Made by a program: the position numbers and the translations under genes
Part shown: piece by piece, positions 63,958 to 64,000 of the stretch
How the letters are laid out: each line of letters begins with the position of its first letter
Numbering within the stretch: position 1 is the first letter of the stretch
Virus record (IMG/VR): IMGVR_UViG_3300028591_000094
Location: 1-64,000 of that record
Reading direction: 5' to 3' (one strand)
DNA from: a virus
Lineage: Duplodnaviria > Caudoviricetes
Length of the DNA: 64,000 nucleotides
The notes under the pieces: model-generated
Databases searched by the model: none
What the model saw: the letters and a program-made list of their open reading frames with translations, nothing else
What the model was told of the DNA's origin: nothing

Positions 63958-64000
63958 CGTATCCTGTGTCGCCAGCGGAATCCAAGTGCGCCCGTCGTCC

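Overview
This window looks like part of a large (jumbo-type) bacteriophage genome, most likely infecting Bacteroidota (inferred from the tmRNA tag, boxA form and lipoproteins). Genes are densely packed and almost all on the minus strand in the standard genetic code. Main contents: (1) a minimal type V CRISPR locus, with a 771-aa single-RuvC effector of the CasLambda family followed by a 7-repeat/6-spacer array and no cas1/cas2. (2) A translation-support kit: SmpB, a circularly permuted (two-piece) tmRNA, bS21, CCA-adding enzyme, Thg1-like protein, Pth2-like and YqeY proteins, and about 29 conventional tRNAs in two operons. (3) Unusual RNAs among the tRNAs: a group I intron in tRNA-Leu(UAA), a free-standing group I-like core outside any host gene, an initiator tRNA-Met split by an HNH gene, several tRNA scaffolds with replaced or giant arms, and four copies of a TACAGCAA helix. 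(4) Mobile elements: two TnpB-like genes, a tRNA-tnpB fusion remnant, IS200/IS605 end remnants, HNH and GIY-YIG genes, and a Gly1 class-3 intein. (5) Metabolic and lysis genes (metK, thyX, thioredoxin, NADAR, sugar dehydratase/radical SAM/FkbM, amidase, GH73). Three recurrent promoter-like motifs are visible. All calls come from reading the sequence and remembered family motifs; no database searches were run.
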